This document shows, in pieces, positions 40,287 through 50,429 of a stretch of 64,000 bases of DNA; the first letter of the stretch is position 1; each line of letters begins with the position of its first letter. Below the pieces are notes generated by a model, which was not told the origin of the DNA, searched no databases, and was given only the letters and a program-made list of their open reading frames with translations. Source of the stretch: an uncultured delta proteobacterium (GTDB lineage Bacteria > Myxococcota_A > Polyangia > Polyangiales > B10-G4); the NCBI GenBank assembly GCA_963727445.1, contig CAVSGI010000010.1:1024001-1088000 (forward strand). The letters are read 5' to 3'. The position numbers were made by a program, and so were the translations under genes.

Positions 40287-41039
40287 ATGCTTCGCTCCCT
40301 CTTCTTCGCGTTCGCCGCCCTGATGCTCGTCGCCTGCGACGGAGGCTCGTCGTCGACCGATGGCGGCAGCGACTGCCCCGCCCCGAGCTGTGGCCTGATG
40401 TGCTCGGATGGGCTGAAACGAGACGCCGACGGCTGCGAGATCTGCGAGTGCAATCCGACCCCCGACACGCGCTGCAGCGTCGATGACGATTGCGTCCTGG
40501 CGGTGGATCACGCGGATTGCTGCGGCTGCCGAAGCGCCTACGCGGCCACCAGCATCGAGGGGCACGCCTGCATCCGACCGGTGACGGAGCCGCCGCCCCC
40601 CGGATGTGCGCCCGACTCCTGCACCGGTGAAGCGTGCCGCTGCTCCTATCCGATCCGCGCCGCCTGCCAGAGCGGCGCGTGCGTCGCCCTCGACGACTGC
40701 CCCGCGGGACAGGTCCAGGAGCTCGGCGCATGCGTCGCCGGGTGTGCGAGCCACGCGGACTGCACCATCGCGGCGGACTACGGCAGCTGCTGCGGCGGAT
40801 GCACGCCGCTGACCCGGGCGACCGTCGACGCGAACCCCTGCTACGCCGAGCGCTCGAGCGACTCGGAGTGCTCCCCCGGCAGCTGCGAAGGGCTGGGGTG
40901 CGCTTCGCCGGCGCTCGACTGCTCCACGATCGGCACGGCCGTGTGCATGGCGGACGGAACGTGTCAGCTGGGCGGCGCCTCCGGCGAATGCCCCGCGGGC
41001 TCGATGGAGATGGGCGGGGTCTGCGTCCCCACACCCTGA
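40287..41039 (+). CDS. Very Cys-rich lipoprotein with antistasin-like motif
   Basis: Lipobox LVAC; CGLMCSDGLKRDADGCEICEC; duplicated C...DC...CCG module. Confidence 0.75.
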   Translation: MLRSLFFAFAALMLVACDGGSSSTDGGSDCPAPSCGLMCSDGLKRDADGCEICECNPTPDTRCSVDDDCVLAVDHADCCGCRSAYAATSIEGHACIRPVTEPPPPGCAPDSCTGEACRCSYPIRAACQSGACVALDDCPAGQVQELGACVAGCASHADCTIAADYGSCCGGCTPLTRATVDANPCYAERSSDSECSPGSCEGLGCASPALDCSTIGTAVCMADGTCQLGGASGECPAGSMEMGGVCVPTP

Positions 41040-41048
41040 CGCGGAAGC

Positions 41049-41918
41049 TCAGAGCCCGCGGAAGCGCTCGGGGCGCAGCGGCACCTCGCCGCGCAGCGCC
41101 GCATCGATCGCGTCGACGATCGCTTCGCGATCGCGCGGGAGGCGGCCCGCGAGGGGCAGGTAGTTCGAGGCGTGGTTCGTCCGGAAGAGGGCGTCGGTGG
41201 GGCGCGCCAGATCGACCATCGTCCGTAGCTCCGCGAGGAGCGCCATGACGTCGGGGACGGCGAAACGACCGCGACTCTCGAGCGTGGCGAGCGGCGTGCC
41301 CGGGACGACCGTCACCGTCAGCGCCGCAAAGAACGCGGGATCCATCTCGGTCACGAGCCGGGCCGTGGCCTCGGCGTGCTCGCGGCTGCGCTCGCCGGCG
41401 ATGCCGAGGAGCGCGATGACGCTGAGCTTCATCCCCGCCGCGTGCGCGCGCCGGGCGGCCTCGACGTGGCCCGCGAAGGTGTCGCCCTTGGCGATCTGCT
41501 TCAGGACCACGTCGTCCCCCGACTCCGGGCCGATGTAGAGGGTCGTCAGTCCGCCTTCACGCAGCTCGGCGAGCTCGCCCTCGGACTTGGAAGCGACGTT
41601 GCGGGCCATGGCGTAACAGGAGACGCGTCGAAGGTTGGGGAAGCGCTCCTTCGCGGCGGCGAGGATGGCGCGCCAATGAGCCATGGGCATGCCGAGGGCG
41701 TCGCCGTCGGCGACGAAGAGCTTCTGCACCCGCGGCCCGACCGCGCGGGCGGCCTCTTCGAGGTCTTCGAGGCACTCCGCCACGGGCCTCTCCGCATACA
41801 CCTTGTCGCGGTACATGTCGCAATAGGTGCAGTGGTTCCAGCTACAGCCGATGGTGGCTTGCAGGATCAGCGCGTCCGCCTCGGAGGGCGGCCGGAAGAT
41901 GCGACCGACGTAGCGCAA
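41049..41918 (-). CDS. Radical SAM protein, uncharacterised RPPSEA family
   Basis: FRPPSEA...GCSWNHCTYCDMY; YIGPESG; FRTNHASNYL. Confidence 0.88.
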   Translation of the reverse strand: MRYVGRIFRPPSEADALILQATIGCSWNHCTYCDMYRDKVYAERPVAECLEDLEEAARAVGPRVQKLFVADGDALGMPMAHWRAILAAAKERFPNLRRVSCYAMARNVASKSEGELAELREGGLTTLYIGPESGDDVVLKQIAKGDTFAGHVEAARRAHAAGMKLSVIALLGIAGERSREHAEATARLVTEMDPAFFAALTVTVVPGTPLATLESRGRFAVPDVMALLAELRTMVDLARPTDALFRTNHASNYLPLAGRLPRDREAIVDAIDAALRGEVPLRPERFRGL

Positions 41919-42022
41919 CGTCCCAGGTATCGCACGACCTCGCCGCGCGGCAATCAGTTGCCGAGAAAGACCAAGCGAGGAGGCGGCGCCCCGCCGAGAC
42001 GGGGCGCCGCCCACTCAGGCAC

Positions 42023-43193
42023 TTAGTCCACCGCGCGGACGACGCCCGCACCGATGGTGCGCCCGCCCTCACGGATGGCGAAGCGCATGCCCGCCTCGAG
42101 GGCGACGCCGCGGTCGAGAGCAAAACGGACGGTGGCCCGATCACCGGGCTCGGCCCGTCCCGCCTCGAAGTCGAGCTTCGCCGTGACCCGGGTAGCGCCG
42201 AAGTAGAGCTGCGGCGCGTAACCCGAGGTCGCGGCGCGCTTGCGCCCGCCTTCGGCCGCGGTGAGGAGAAAGATCTCCGCCGCGCCGCGCGCGTGCGCAC
42301 CGACCGAGCCGGGCGCGACCACGACCTGGCCGCGCAAGACCTCCCCGCGGCCGACGCCGCGAAGAAGCAGGCCGACGTTCTGGCCGGCCACCGCCTCGGC
42401 GACGTCGCGGTGAAACGACTGGATGCCGCTCACCACCGCCTCGAGGACGCCCTCACGACGGCCGACCACCTCGACCTTCCCCTCGCGAGCGAGGACGCCG
42501 CGGCCGACCCGGCCCGTCACGACCGTGCCGCGACCGGGGATGGTGCAGACGGCCTCGATGGGCATCAGGAAGGGCGCCTCCAGAATCCCGCGCGGGGATC
42601 GGGAGGTGCGCGTCCATCGCCTCGAGAAGCGCACGGATGCACGCCGTCGCCTCGTCGTCGAACTGGCCGAGGGCGCACGCCTCGAGGGCCCGAAGCGCGG
42701 AGCCGCGCACGAAGCGCGCCTCGTAGCCGTGGGCCGCGAGGAGCTCACGCACCTCGAGCTCGACGAGCTCGAGAAGCTCCGGGTCGGCGACGTCCACCTT
42801 GTTGATGAAGCAGACGAGGTGATCGACACCCAGCTGGCGGGCGAGCAGCACGTGCTCGCGGGTCTGGGCCTCGACGCCCTGACTGCCGTCGACGAGGAGG
42901 ATGCCGCCGTCCATCTGGCTGGCGCCGGTGATCATGTTCTTCACGAAGTCGGCGTGACCGGGACAGTCGACGTGGGCGTAGATCCGCCCCGCCGTCTCGT
43001 AGCGGACGTGGCTCGAGACGATGGTGATGCCGCGGCGCTTCTCCTCGGGGGCACGGTCGATCTCGGAAAAGGCCCAAGCCGTGCCACCGTGAAGATGCGA
43101 GGCCACCGCCGAGAGGGCGGCGGTGAGGGTGGTCTTGCCGTGGTCGACGTGGCCGATGGTGCCGACGCTGACGTGCTGCTTCGTGATGTTCAT
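42023..43193 (-). CDS. tuf: Divergent elongation factor Tu paralog (+1 frame break near 42584)
   Basis: [55 protein letters not shown]; about 389 aa once corrected. Confidence 0.9.
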
Positions 43194-43296
43194 TTCGCTA
43201 TCGATCTCCACTTCTCCTTCCGCGGCCGCGGGATTGCGGCGCGCGGGGACAGCCCGGGACGGACCTCTCCGGCAGAGGTTGGAGACGGACGAACGT

Positions 43297-43326
43297 GGCC
43301 CCCTGCCGGCGATGCCGGAGGGGGCC
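43297..43326 (-). promoter_or_regulatory. Leader hairpin of a putative attenuator upstream of the tuf paralog
   Basis: ggcccc...ccggc gat gccgg...ggggcc stem-loop, whose 5' arm is also complementary to the uORF. Confidence 0.55.
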
Positions 43327-43350
43327 TTCATCTTCAGGACGCTGAACGAC

Positions 43351-43446
43351 TCAGCGTTTGGCAGGACCCTCCGGCCAGACGTGCACCCGCGTCGCGACCG
43401 TGAGGTCGCGGAGGGCGCGCGTGACTGACGAGAGGTCGCGGCTCAT
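43351..43446 (-). CDS. Putative leader peptide (31 aa)
   Basis: [31 protein letters not shown], 157 nt upstream of the tuf start. Confidence 0.5.
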   Translation of the reverse strand: MSRDLSSVTRALRDLTVATRVHVWPEGPAKR

Positions 43447-43485
43447 GGCCGACACGATGTGTCGTGCCGCGGCCGAGTCAACGGG

Positions 43486-44607
43486 TCAGTTGTCGCTCGA
43501 GATGGTGATGATGTTCTTGACGCCGCCGGCCTTGCCGGTGAGCAGCTCCTGGAAGCTGTCCATGGGGAAGCGGCCGCTGATCAGCGTGTCGAAGACGTGC
43601 GGCGTGTCCTTCTTGAACGCCTCGAGGTCGGCGACCGCCGCGTCGAAGGCGTCCTTGCCGGCGTTCACCGTGCCGAGCAGGACGTGGTTTTCGAGGACCA
43701 GGTTCCGCATGATGCGGCCGCCGTCGAAGCTCACGTCCTGGGCGCGGCCCGGCACGCCGGTGAAGATGAAGATGGCGTTGGGCCCCATCACATCCAGCAC
43801 CGAGAACGACAGCTGCGAGGCGCCGGTCGCCTCGTAGACGAGATCGACATCGCCGATGCGCTCGAAGAGCCCGGCGACGTCCACCTCTTTGCCGGAGTGA
43901 TACTCGACCCCGATGGATTCGAGCATCGTCGCGCGCGGCGTCCCCTCCTCTTCGAGGGAGTAGACGTGGGTGTCGAAGCCGTTGCGCTTCAGCACCAGGG
44001 CGCCGAGCAGACCGATCGGCCCCGCGCCGAGCACCAGCGCCTTGAGCTTGGGCGCTTCGCCCGCGGCCCGCGCCTCCTTACCGGCCCACGGCAGGCGCTC
44101 CTGGATGTCCCAGACCTGCAGGAGCGCCTTTTCGGCGATGGTGAGGGGCTCGACCAGGACGGCGATGTCGCGAAGGTCCTCCGGGATCTTCACGAAGTAC
44201 TTCTCCCGGTCGACGATCCGCTCGGCGAAGTATCCGTGCGCGCCCTTGATGCCGCGCTCCGTGAAGTTGCCCGTGAAGCAGAAGTCCTGACGGTCGGCCT
44301 TGCACGCGAGGCACTTGTCGTCGCCGCAGGGGCGGCGCACCGTCGGAACGACGAGGTCACCGACCGCGAGCTCCTCGACCCCGCTGCCCACCTCGATCAC
44401 GCGGCCGAGGGCTTCGTGATGCATCACCAGGTAGTCTTCACCTTTGGGCGGGAGGCCGTGGAGGGTATGGGCGATTTCCTTGTCGGTGCCGCAGACGCCG
44501 ACCTCCAGGACCTGCACCTTCACTTCGTCATCTCGGCCGATCTCCGGTTCCGGGTGATCGACGAGCCGAATGGCCTTCTCGGCCGGAAATATGCCCAATG
44601 CTTTCAT
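43486..44607 (-). CDS. Zn-dependent glucose 1-dehydrogenase (MDR family)
   Basis: VGVCGTDKE, VPTVRRPC, ERGIKG.HG, GAGPIG, GTVNA. Confidence 0.88.
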   Translation of the reverse strand: MKALGIFPAEKAIRLVDHPEPEIGRDDEVKVQVLEVGVCGTDKEIAHTLHGLPPKGEDYLVMHHEALGRVIEVGSGVEELAVGDLVVPTVRRPCGDDKCLACKADRQDFCFTGNFTERGIKGAHGYFAERIVDREKYFVKIPEDLRDIAVLVEPLTIAEKALLQVWDIQERLPWAGKEARAAGEAPKLKALVLGAGPIGLLGALVLKRNGFDTHVYSLEEEGTPRATMLESIGVEYHSGKEVDVAGLFERIGDVDLVYEATGASQLSFSVLDVMGPNAIFIFTGVPGRAQDVSFDGGRIMRNLVLENHVLLGTVNAGKDAFDAAVADLEAFKKDTPHVFDTLISGRFPMDSFQELLTGKAGGVKNIITISSDN

Positions 44608-44714
44608 CTTCCGCCTCCTGACAGGCGAAGAGTGATCGGACAGCGACGGTTCTTTGGCAAGGGGATAACCGGGCCAACCTGATCTATCCTCCCGGACTCG
44701 CCAGACGAGGAACC

Positions 44715-47360
44715 ATGGCCGATGCAGAGATAGCCCGCCTCGAAGAGGACGCCCAAAGAGAAAAGAACTGGAAGCGCTGGGGTCCTTACCTCTCCGAACG
44801 GCAGTGGGGGACGGTGCGTGAGGACTACAGCGCCGGGGGCTCCTCCTGGACCGACTTCCCGCACGAGCAAGCGCGCAGCCGCACCTATCGCTGGGGCGAG
44901 GACGGCCTGCTCGGATTCACCGACCGGCGCTGTCGGCTCTGCTTCGGTCTGGCGCTCTGGAACGAAGCGGACCCGATCCTCAAGGAACGTCTCTTCGGGC
45001 TCACCGGCCCCGAGGGCAATCACGGCGAGGACGTGAAGGAGCTCTACTACTACCTCGACGCGACGCCGACCTATTCGTACGCGAAAGCGCTCTACAAGTA
45101 TCCGCAGCGCGAGTTCCCCTACGCGGCGCTGGTGGAGGAGAACGCCCGCCGCGACAAGCAAACGCACGAGTACGAGCTTCTCGACACCGGCGTCTTCGAC
45201 GAGGACCGTTACTTCGACGTCTTCGCGGAGTACGCCAAGGCGTCGCCGAACGATCTGCTGATCCGGGTCACCGTACACAACCGCGGCCCCGAGGCAGCGA
45301 AGATCCACGTGCTGCCCACGCTCTGGTTCCGGAACACCTGGGCCTGGGGACGAACGGGCGACGGCTACTGGCCCGAGCCGACCATCGAGCGCGATGGCGA
45401 CGGCCTGCGCCTCGAGCACGACTCGAGTCTCGGCGTCTTTCGTTTCTTCGCGCGCCGCAAGGCCGCGCCGATCTTCACGAACAACGAGACGAACGCCGAG
45501 CGCCTCTTCGGCGCCGACAACGCGAAGCCTGCGGTGAAGGACGCGTTCCACGACTTCGTGATCCACGGGGACGCGAGCGCCCTGGCCCAGGACGAGCGTG
45601 GGACGAAGGCGGCCTACCACTACGCCCTCGAGATTGGCCCGGGCCAGTCGGAGGTCCTCGAGTTCCGCCTCACCGCCGAAGACGAGGTGAAGGGGGCGCC
45701 CTGGGAAGACTTCGACCCGGTCTTCGCCGAGCGGCACGCGGAGGCCGATGCCTTCTATCGCGAGCGCATCCCGAAGGAGCTCGACGAAGAAGAGGCGCGC
45801 GTCGCGCGGCAGGCCTACGGGAGCCTCTTGTGGACCAATCAGGTCTTCCACTACGTGGTGCGCGACTGGCTGGAAGGCGACCCTAGCGGGCCGCCGCCGC
45901 CGGACTCGCGTTGGGCGGGGCGCAACGCCGAGTGGCGGCACCTGTTCAACCTCGACGTGGTGTCCATGCCCGACAAGTGGGAGTACCCCTGGTACGCGGC
46001 GTGGGACCTCGCGTTCCACATGATCCCCTATGCCCACGTCGACACCCACTTCGCCAAGCACCAGCTGCTGCTCTTTCTGCGCGAGTGGTACATGCACCCC
46101 AACGGACAGATCCCGGCGTACGAGTTCTCCCTCGGCGACGTGAACCCGCCGGTGCACGCGTGGGCGGTGTGGCGCACCTACAGGCGCGCCGCGGTGCGCG
46201 GCGATCGAGACACACAGTGGCTCAAGCGCTGCTTCAACAAGCTGCTGCTCAACTACGGCTGGTGGGTCAACCGAAAGGACGCCGACGGGAACAACCTCTT
46301 CAGCGGCGGCTTCCTCGGCCTCGACAACATCGGCGTCTTCGATCGCTCGAACCACCTGCCGCGCGGCGGGCGGCTCGAGCAGGCGGACGGAACCGCCTGG
46401 ATGGCCTTCTTCTCCGGAACGATGCTCTCCATCGCCATCGAGCTCGCCCAGGACGACCCGACCTACGAGGACATGGCGTCGCGCTTCTTCGAGCACTTCG
46501 TCGAGATCGTCGACGCCTTGAACAACCTCGGCGAGAGCGGCTTGTGGAGCGAAGAGGACGGCTTCTACTACGACAACCTCTACGCGGGCGACGACGTGAT
46601 CCCGCTCCGCACCCGCTCGCTGGTTGGCCTCGCGCCGCTCTTCGCCGTGCACGTGCTCGAGCAGGATCAGATCGAGAAGCTCCCCGGCTTTCACAAGCGG
46701 ATGCAGTGGTTCCTCGAGAACCGCCGCGACCTCGCTCAGACCATCAGCTACATGCAGAAAAGCCCGGCACACGGCCGGCGGCTGCTCGCCGTCCCGACGC
46801 GAGAGCGGCTCGAGCGCATGCTGGGCTACATGCTCGACGAGAACGAGTTCCTCTCCGAATACGGCATCCGGAGCCTGTCAAAGGCTCACCACGACCCGCC
46901 CTACGAGCTCCGCCTGGACGGCCACAGCCACACCGTGCGCTACACGCCGGGCGAATCGGACACGCACATGTTCGGGGGCAACTCCAATTGGCGCGGACCC
47001 ATCTGGTTCCCCCTGAACTTCCTCCTCCTCGAGGCCCTCGAGCGCTACGCCTATTTCTACGGCGACGACCTGAAGGTGGAGATGCCCACCGGCTCGGGCA
47101 ACTACGTCACCCTCGACGTCGCCGCCTCCGAAATCGCCAAGCGCCTCTCGCGGATCTTCGTCCCCGGTCCCGAAGGACGGCGCCCGGTTCACGGTCGTCA
47201 TCATCGCTACGCCGAGGACCCGGCGTTCGCCGACCTCGTCCTCTTCTACGAATACTTCCACGGCGAGACCGGCCGCGGCTGCGGAGCGAGCCATCAGACC
47301 GGATGGACGGCGCTCGTCGCGAGCTGCCTCGAGAAGGTCGGCCGCAGCCGCGAGGAATAG
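44715..47360 (+). CDS. GH63/MGH1-like glucosidase
   Basis: WGPYLSERQWGTVREDYS, MPDKWEYPWYAAWDLAFH, NSNWRGPIW, GASHQTGWT. Confidence 0.93.
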   Translation: MADAEIARLEEDAQREKNWKRWGPYLSERQWGTVREDYSAGGSSWTDFPHEQARSRTYRWGEDGLLGFTDRRCRLCFGLALWNEADPILKERLFGLTGPEGNHGEDVKELYYYLDATPTYSYAKALYKYPQREFPYAALVEENARRDKQTHEYELLDTGVFDEDRYFDVFAEYAKASPNDLLIRVTVHNRGPEAAKIHVLPTLWFRNTWAWGRTGDGYWPEPTIERDGDGLRLEHDSSLGVFRFFARRKAAPIFTNNETNAERLFGADNAKPAVKDAFHDFVIHGDASALAQDERGTKAAYHYALEIGPGQSEVLEFRLTAEDEVKGAPWEDFDPVFAERHAEADAFYRERIPKELDEEEARVARQAYGSLLWTNQVFHYVVRDWLEGDPSGPPPPDSRWAGRNAEWRHLFNLDVVSMPDKWEYPWYAAWDLAFHMIPYAHVDTHFAKHQLLLFLREWYMHPNGQIPAYEFSLGDVNPPVHAWAVWRTYRRAAVRGDRDTQWLKRCFNKLLLNYGWWVNRKDADGNNLFSGGFLGLDNIGVFDRSNHLPRGGRLEQADGTAWMAFFSGTMLSIAIELAQDDPTYEDMASRFFEHFVEIVDALNNLGESGLWSEEDGFYYDNLYAGDDVIPLRTRSLVGLAPLFAVHVLEQDQIEKLPGFHKRMQWFLENRRDLAQTISYMQKSPAHGRRLLAVPTRERLERMLGYMLDENEFLSEYGIRSLSKAHHDPPYELRLDGHSHTVRYTPGESDTHMFGGNSNWRGPIWFPLNFLLLEALERYAYFYGDDLKVEMPTGSGNYVTLDVAASEIAKRLSRIFVPGPEGRRPVHGRHHRYAEDPAFADLVLFYEYFHGETGRGCGASHQTGWTALVASCLEKVGRSREE

Positions 47361-47369
47361 GGCGCGACC

Positions 47370-47645
47370 TCAGGTCCCGACGGCGACGCTGGCGTCGGCG
47401 GGACCGACGTCGAAGGGCGCGATCGCCGCGCTCGCGCTGTCGACCACCACCGCGTCGGCGTCGACCGCATCGGGGGCGGCGTCCGATGCTTCCGATGCAC
47501 CGTGCGCGACGGGCCATGCGTCGGAGGTGATGGGCAGGCCTCCTTCGCCGCCGCACGGCCCATCGTCAGTCGCGCCGCCGAGCGACGAGCTTGCGTCGAG
47601 CGAACAGCCGGCCAACAGAAGGGAGACGCAGACGACGAGCCTCAC
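47370..47645 (-). CDS. Small lipoprotein, possibly truncated
   Basis: Lipobox LAGC; acidic low-complexity tail. Confidence 0.5.
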   Translation of the reverse strand: MRLVVCVSLLLAGCSLDASSSLGGATDDGPCGGEGGLPITSDAWPVAHGASEASDAAPDAVDADAVVVDSASAAIAPFDVGPADASVAVGT

Positions 47646-47722
47646 GCCTTCATCATAGCGCTCACTGCATGCTCCTCAAACCGACCCCGGCGAAAACTGC
47701 GGGGGTGGTACGCTGGACGTCG

Positions 47723-48865
47723 ATGTACCAATTGGGTGCCGCGCTCGCCCTGAGCCTCACTGCCGCGGGCTGTGGACGCGTCGGCTTCGACGCGCAGAGC
47801 AGCGCGCCGGACGCGACGTCCTTCGACTCCGCGATGCCGGTCGACAGCGGCATGGGCGACGACGGCGGAGGCGATGCGGCCGTGGACGCCGCGGTCCTCG
47901 TCGACCTGCCGGGCGAAAGCGCCGTCCTGCCCGATGGATGGCGGGGAGATGTCTGGGTCGACTTCTCTTCGGACTACTCGTACATCGACGTCCAGTACCT
48001 CGACGTCACCTACCCCTTCAACAATCGCCCGCATCACATGGCGCTCCTGTCCGCGCCCTTCGATCCCGGGATCGCCCTCGTCGGCACCTGGGAGATCTGG
48101 GAAGTGCGCGCGCCCGACGTCTTCGTCTCGCACTTCTACTACCCGGGATCGGATGACGGGCCCGGACCCGATGCGTTCTTCGACGCCGCCTGGTGCGATA
48201 GCTGGATGGCGTCTGCGCCCGGGCTCTGCGTCGCCGCCGGATCGCAGAACGCGGGTGACGGCGTTTACCGCATCGAATCCGATTGGTCGATCAGCCGCAT
48301 CTCCACCGACAACAACGTGGGCGACATGGCCTTCGACGCGAGGGGCGCCTTCGACGACATCGGCGCGCCCACGCTCTACTGGTCGGGACCCGACGGGCTG
48401 CGCCGCTTCGGTGAGGCCGTCTTCTATCCCGGCATGCTCAACGGCGCGTTCACCGAGATCATCCCGAGCGGCGACATCCTCACCATGCACACCGACGTCT
48501 CGAGCGGCCTGCGCCGGCTCTTGATCCTCGCGTCGGGGAGCCACAGTGAGACGATCGTCGACATGACCAGCGCTTCGGCGGACCCGGTCGCGCGGCAAAA
48601 CGCGGGCGTCTTCGCAGTGGTGGCGGGCGACGTCACTCAGCTCCGTGGCTTCGGCTACGCCATCCGCCGAACCCACGAGCTGCTCGAGATCGCCAGCGAC
48701 GGCTCGTACACGGTGATCGCCTCCGCTGGCCCGCGCTGGCGCTGGACCCACGCCCTCATCCCGCCGGCCTCGCACCCGCTGAGCGCCGACGGCCCGGCGC
48801 TCTACGTGCTCGAATACCAGCCCACGACGGAAGTGAATCGGATCATCCGACTGAGGCCACCGTGA
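47723..48865 (+). CDS. Lipoprotein with probable beta-propeller domain
   Basis: AAGCGRVGFD lipobox typical of myxobacteria; beta-rich body. Confidence 0.7.
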   Translation: MYQLGAALALSLTAAGCGRVGFDAQSSAPDATSFDSAMPVDSGMGDDGGGDAAVDAAVLVDLPGESAVLPDGWRGDVWVDFSSDYSYIDVQYLDVTYPFNNRPHHMALLSAPFDPGIALVGTWEIWEVRAPDVFVSHFYYPGSDDGPGPDAFFDAAWCDSWMASAPGLCVAAGSQNAGDGVYRIESDWSISRISTDNNVGDMAFDARGAFDDIGAPTLYWSGPDGLRRFGEAVFYPGMLNGAFTEIIPSGDILTMHTDVSSGLRRLLILASGSHSETIVDMTSASADPVARQNAGVFAVVAGDVTQLRGFGYAIRRTHELLEIASDGSYTVIASAGPRWRWTHALIPPASHPLSADGPALYVLEYQPTTEVNRIIRLRPP

Positions 48866-48878
48866 CGCCTCGCCAACG

Positions 48879-50324
48879 CTACATCGACTTCGTGTAGGAG
48901 AACTGGTCCAGCATCGAGCCGTCGAGACGATAGGCGGTGTACGTGATCGACAGCCCGTCGACGTCGACGACGGCGTAGTTGTTGGTGCTCTCGTTGACCA
49001 CGGTGTGCTCGCAGGTCTCGCTCCCGTAGAGCGGTGCACCAGCGCCGCCGCTGACGAAGTACACGGTCCCGCTCCCGTCGACCGGCTCACCGCTCGCGCC
49101 CTGGGCGCCGTACACGGGGTCGGTGCCTGACGAAAAGCCGCGGATGGGCTTGGAGCGCTCGTAGATGTGGTCGTGGCCGTTGAACACGAAGTCGACCTCG
49201 AGCTCGTCGTAGACGGGCTGCCAGACCTCCCGGAGATCGAGCTGGGAGCCGTGGCTGGTGGAGCAGCTGTAGAGGGCGCGGTGATGCATCACGAAGATCC
49301 ACGGAGTGGAGCTGCGGTCGACGCCCAACAGGTCGGTGCGGAGCCAGTCGCGCTGCGCGTCGAGGATGGACGAGTCGGGGACGGAATCGTTGAGCACCGC
49401 GAAGTGCGCGTTGCCGTAGTCGAAGGAGTACCACTCCTCACCGCGCGAAGGCTCCGACTCCATCGGCGACGGATCTTGAGGAAGCGCGAAGAGCAGCAGG
49501 TAGTTGATCGCCAGCGACTCGTGGTTGCCGTTGGCCACCATGAAGGGTGTCTCGGCGAGGACGTCCTGCACCGAGAAGGTGTCGATCTCCTGACCGAAGA
49601 AGTCGCTCCACGCGGGCTGATCGATCCCGATGCCCACCGCGTCCCCGGTGAAGACCTGGAAGTCGACGGCCTCGTCGCCGATCGCCTGTACGGTCTCGGC
49701 CCAGACGACCGAGTCGTTTCGGGCATCGCCGGCCACGGCGAATCGGAAGGGCTCGGCAGACCCCGGTGTCGGTGCGGTGGAGAGGGTGTAGACGTCGCTC
49801 CACGCGCCGGGGCCTCCGACTTTGTACGAATAGCTCGTCGACGGGTCGAGCCCACAGACGTGCGCCTCGTGGATTCGATAGTCGGTGGCCGTCACGTCCC
49901 GAAAGAGAACGTGGTGACCGAGGACATCCATCACCGTCGCCGAGCCCCCGTCCGCCGCCTCCACCTCGGCGGCGTCCGCGCCGAACAGGAGATGGGAGAC
50001 GGTGGTGTCGACGCCGGTCTGCCAGTTCACGGCGAAGCCATCGTCGCTCGGGCCCGCGAAGCTCGCGTGGATGAAGCGCGGGGACGGATCGCTCCCGACC
50101 TCGTCTCCCGACCGCTCAGCCTCCACCACCTCCGGCGTGCTGACCTCGTAGGTGCACCCGTCCGGCGTGTAGGTCAGGGTCGTCAGGGTCGACGACGTGC
50201 CGGTGTCGGTCGCCCGGCTGTCGGTCGCCAGCGCGTCCACGGCTGCGTCCACGGGAGCCGTGTCGTCGTCACCGCAAGCCATGACGAAGATCAGTGAAAA
50301 GACGAACGAACAAGCGCGCTGCAT
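48879..50324 (-). CDS. Purple acid phosphatase-type metallophosphoesterase lipoprotein
   Basis: AGD, TGD, GNHE, MHH, GHDHIYERS; FN3-like N-domain; lipobox. Confidence 0.9.
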   Translation of the reverse strand: MQRACSFVFSLIFVMACGDDDTAPVDAAVDALATDSRATDTGTSSTLTTLTYTPDGCTYEVSTPEVVEAERSGDEVGSDPSPRFIHASFAGPSDDGFAVNWQTGVDTTVSHLLFGADAAEVEAADGGSATVMDVLGHHVLFRDVTATDYRIHEAHVCGLDPSTSYSYKVGGPGAWSDVYTLSTAPTPGSAEPFRFAVAGDARNDSVVWAETVQAIGDEAVDFQVFTGDAVGIGIDQPAWSDFFGQEIDTFSVQDVLAETPFMVANGNHESLAINYLLLFALPQDPSPMESEPSRGEEWYSFDYGNAHFAVLNDSVPDSSILDAQRDWLRTDLLGVDRSSTPWIFVMHHRALYSCSTSHGSQLDLREVWQPVYDELEVDFVFNGHDHIYERSKPIRGFSSGTDPVYGAQGASGEPVDGSGTVYFVSGGAGAPLYGSETCEHTVVNESTNNYAVVDVDGLSITYTAYRLDGSMLDQFSYTKSM

Positions 50325-50380
50325 GACCCGAAGTCATGCCACGACCACCTCCGACGGCAACCCGGCCCCCTGACGACGAA

Positions 50381-50410
50381 GAGCCGGCGGGGCAAATGCC
50401 CGGCCGGCTC
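50381..50410 (-). terminator. Stem-loop downstream of the Tat-peptide gene
   Basis: gagccggcggggc aaat gcccggccggctc, 19 nt past the stop codon; weak U tract. Confidence 0.55.
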
Positions 50411-50429
50411 TCCTCATCTTCGTCTTGGC

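Noticed and set aside
42580..42590. Programmed ribosomal frameshift in the tuf paralog
   Set aside because: No slippery sequence; the same GATTCT context occurs at three other frame breaks in unrelated genes
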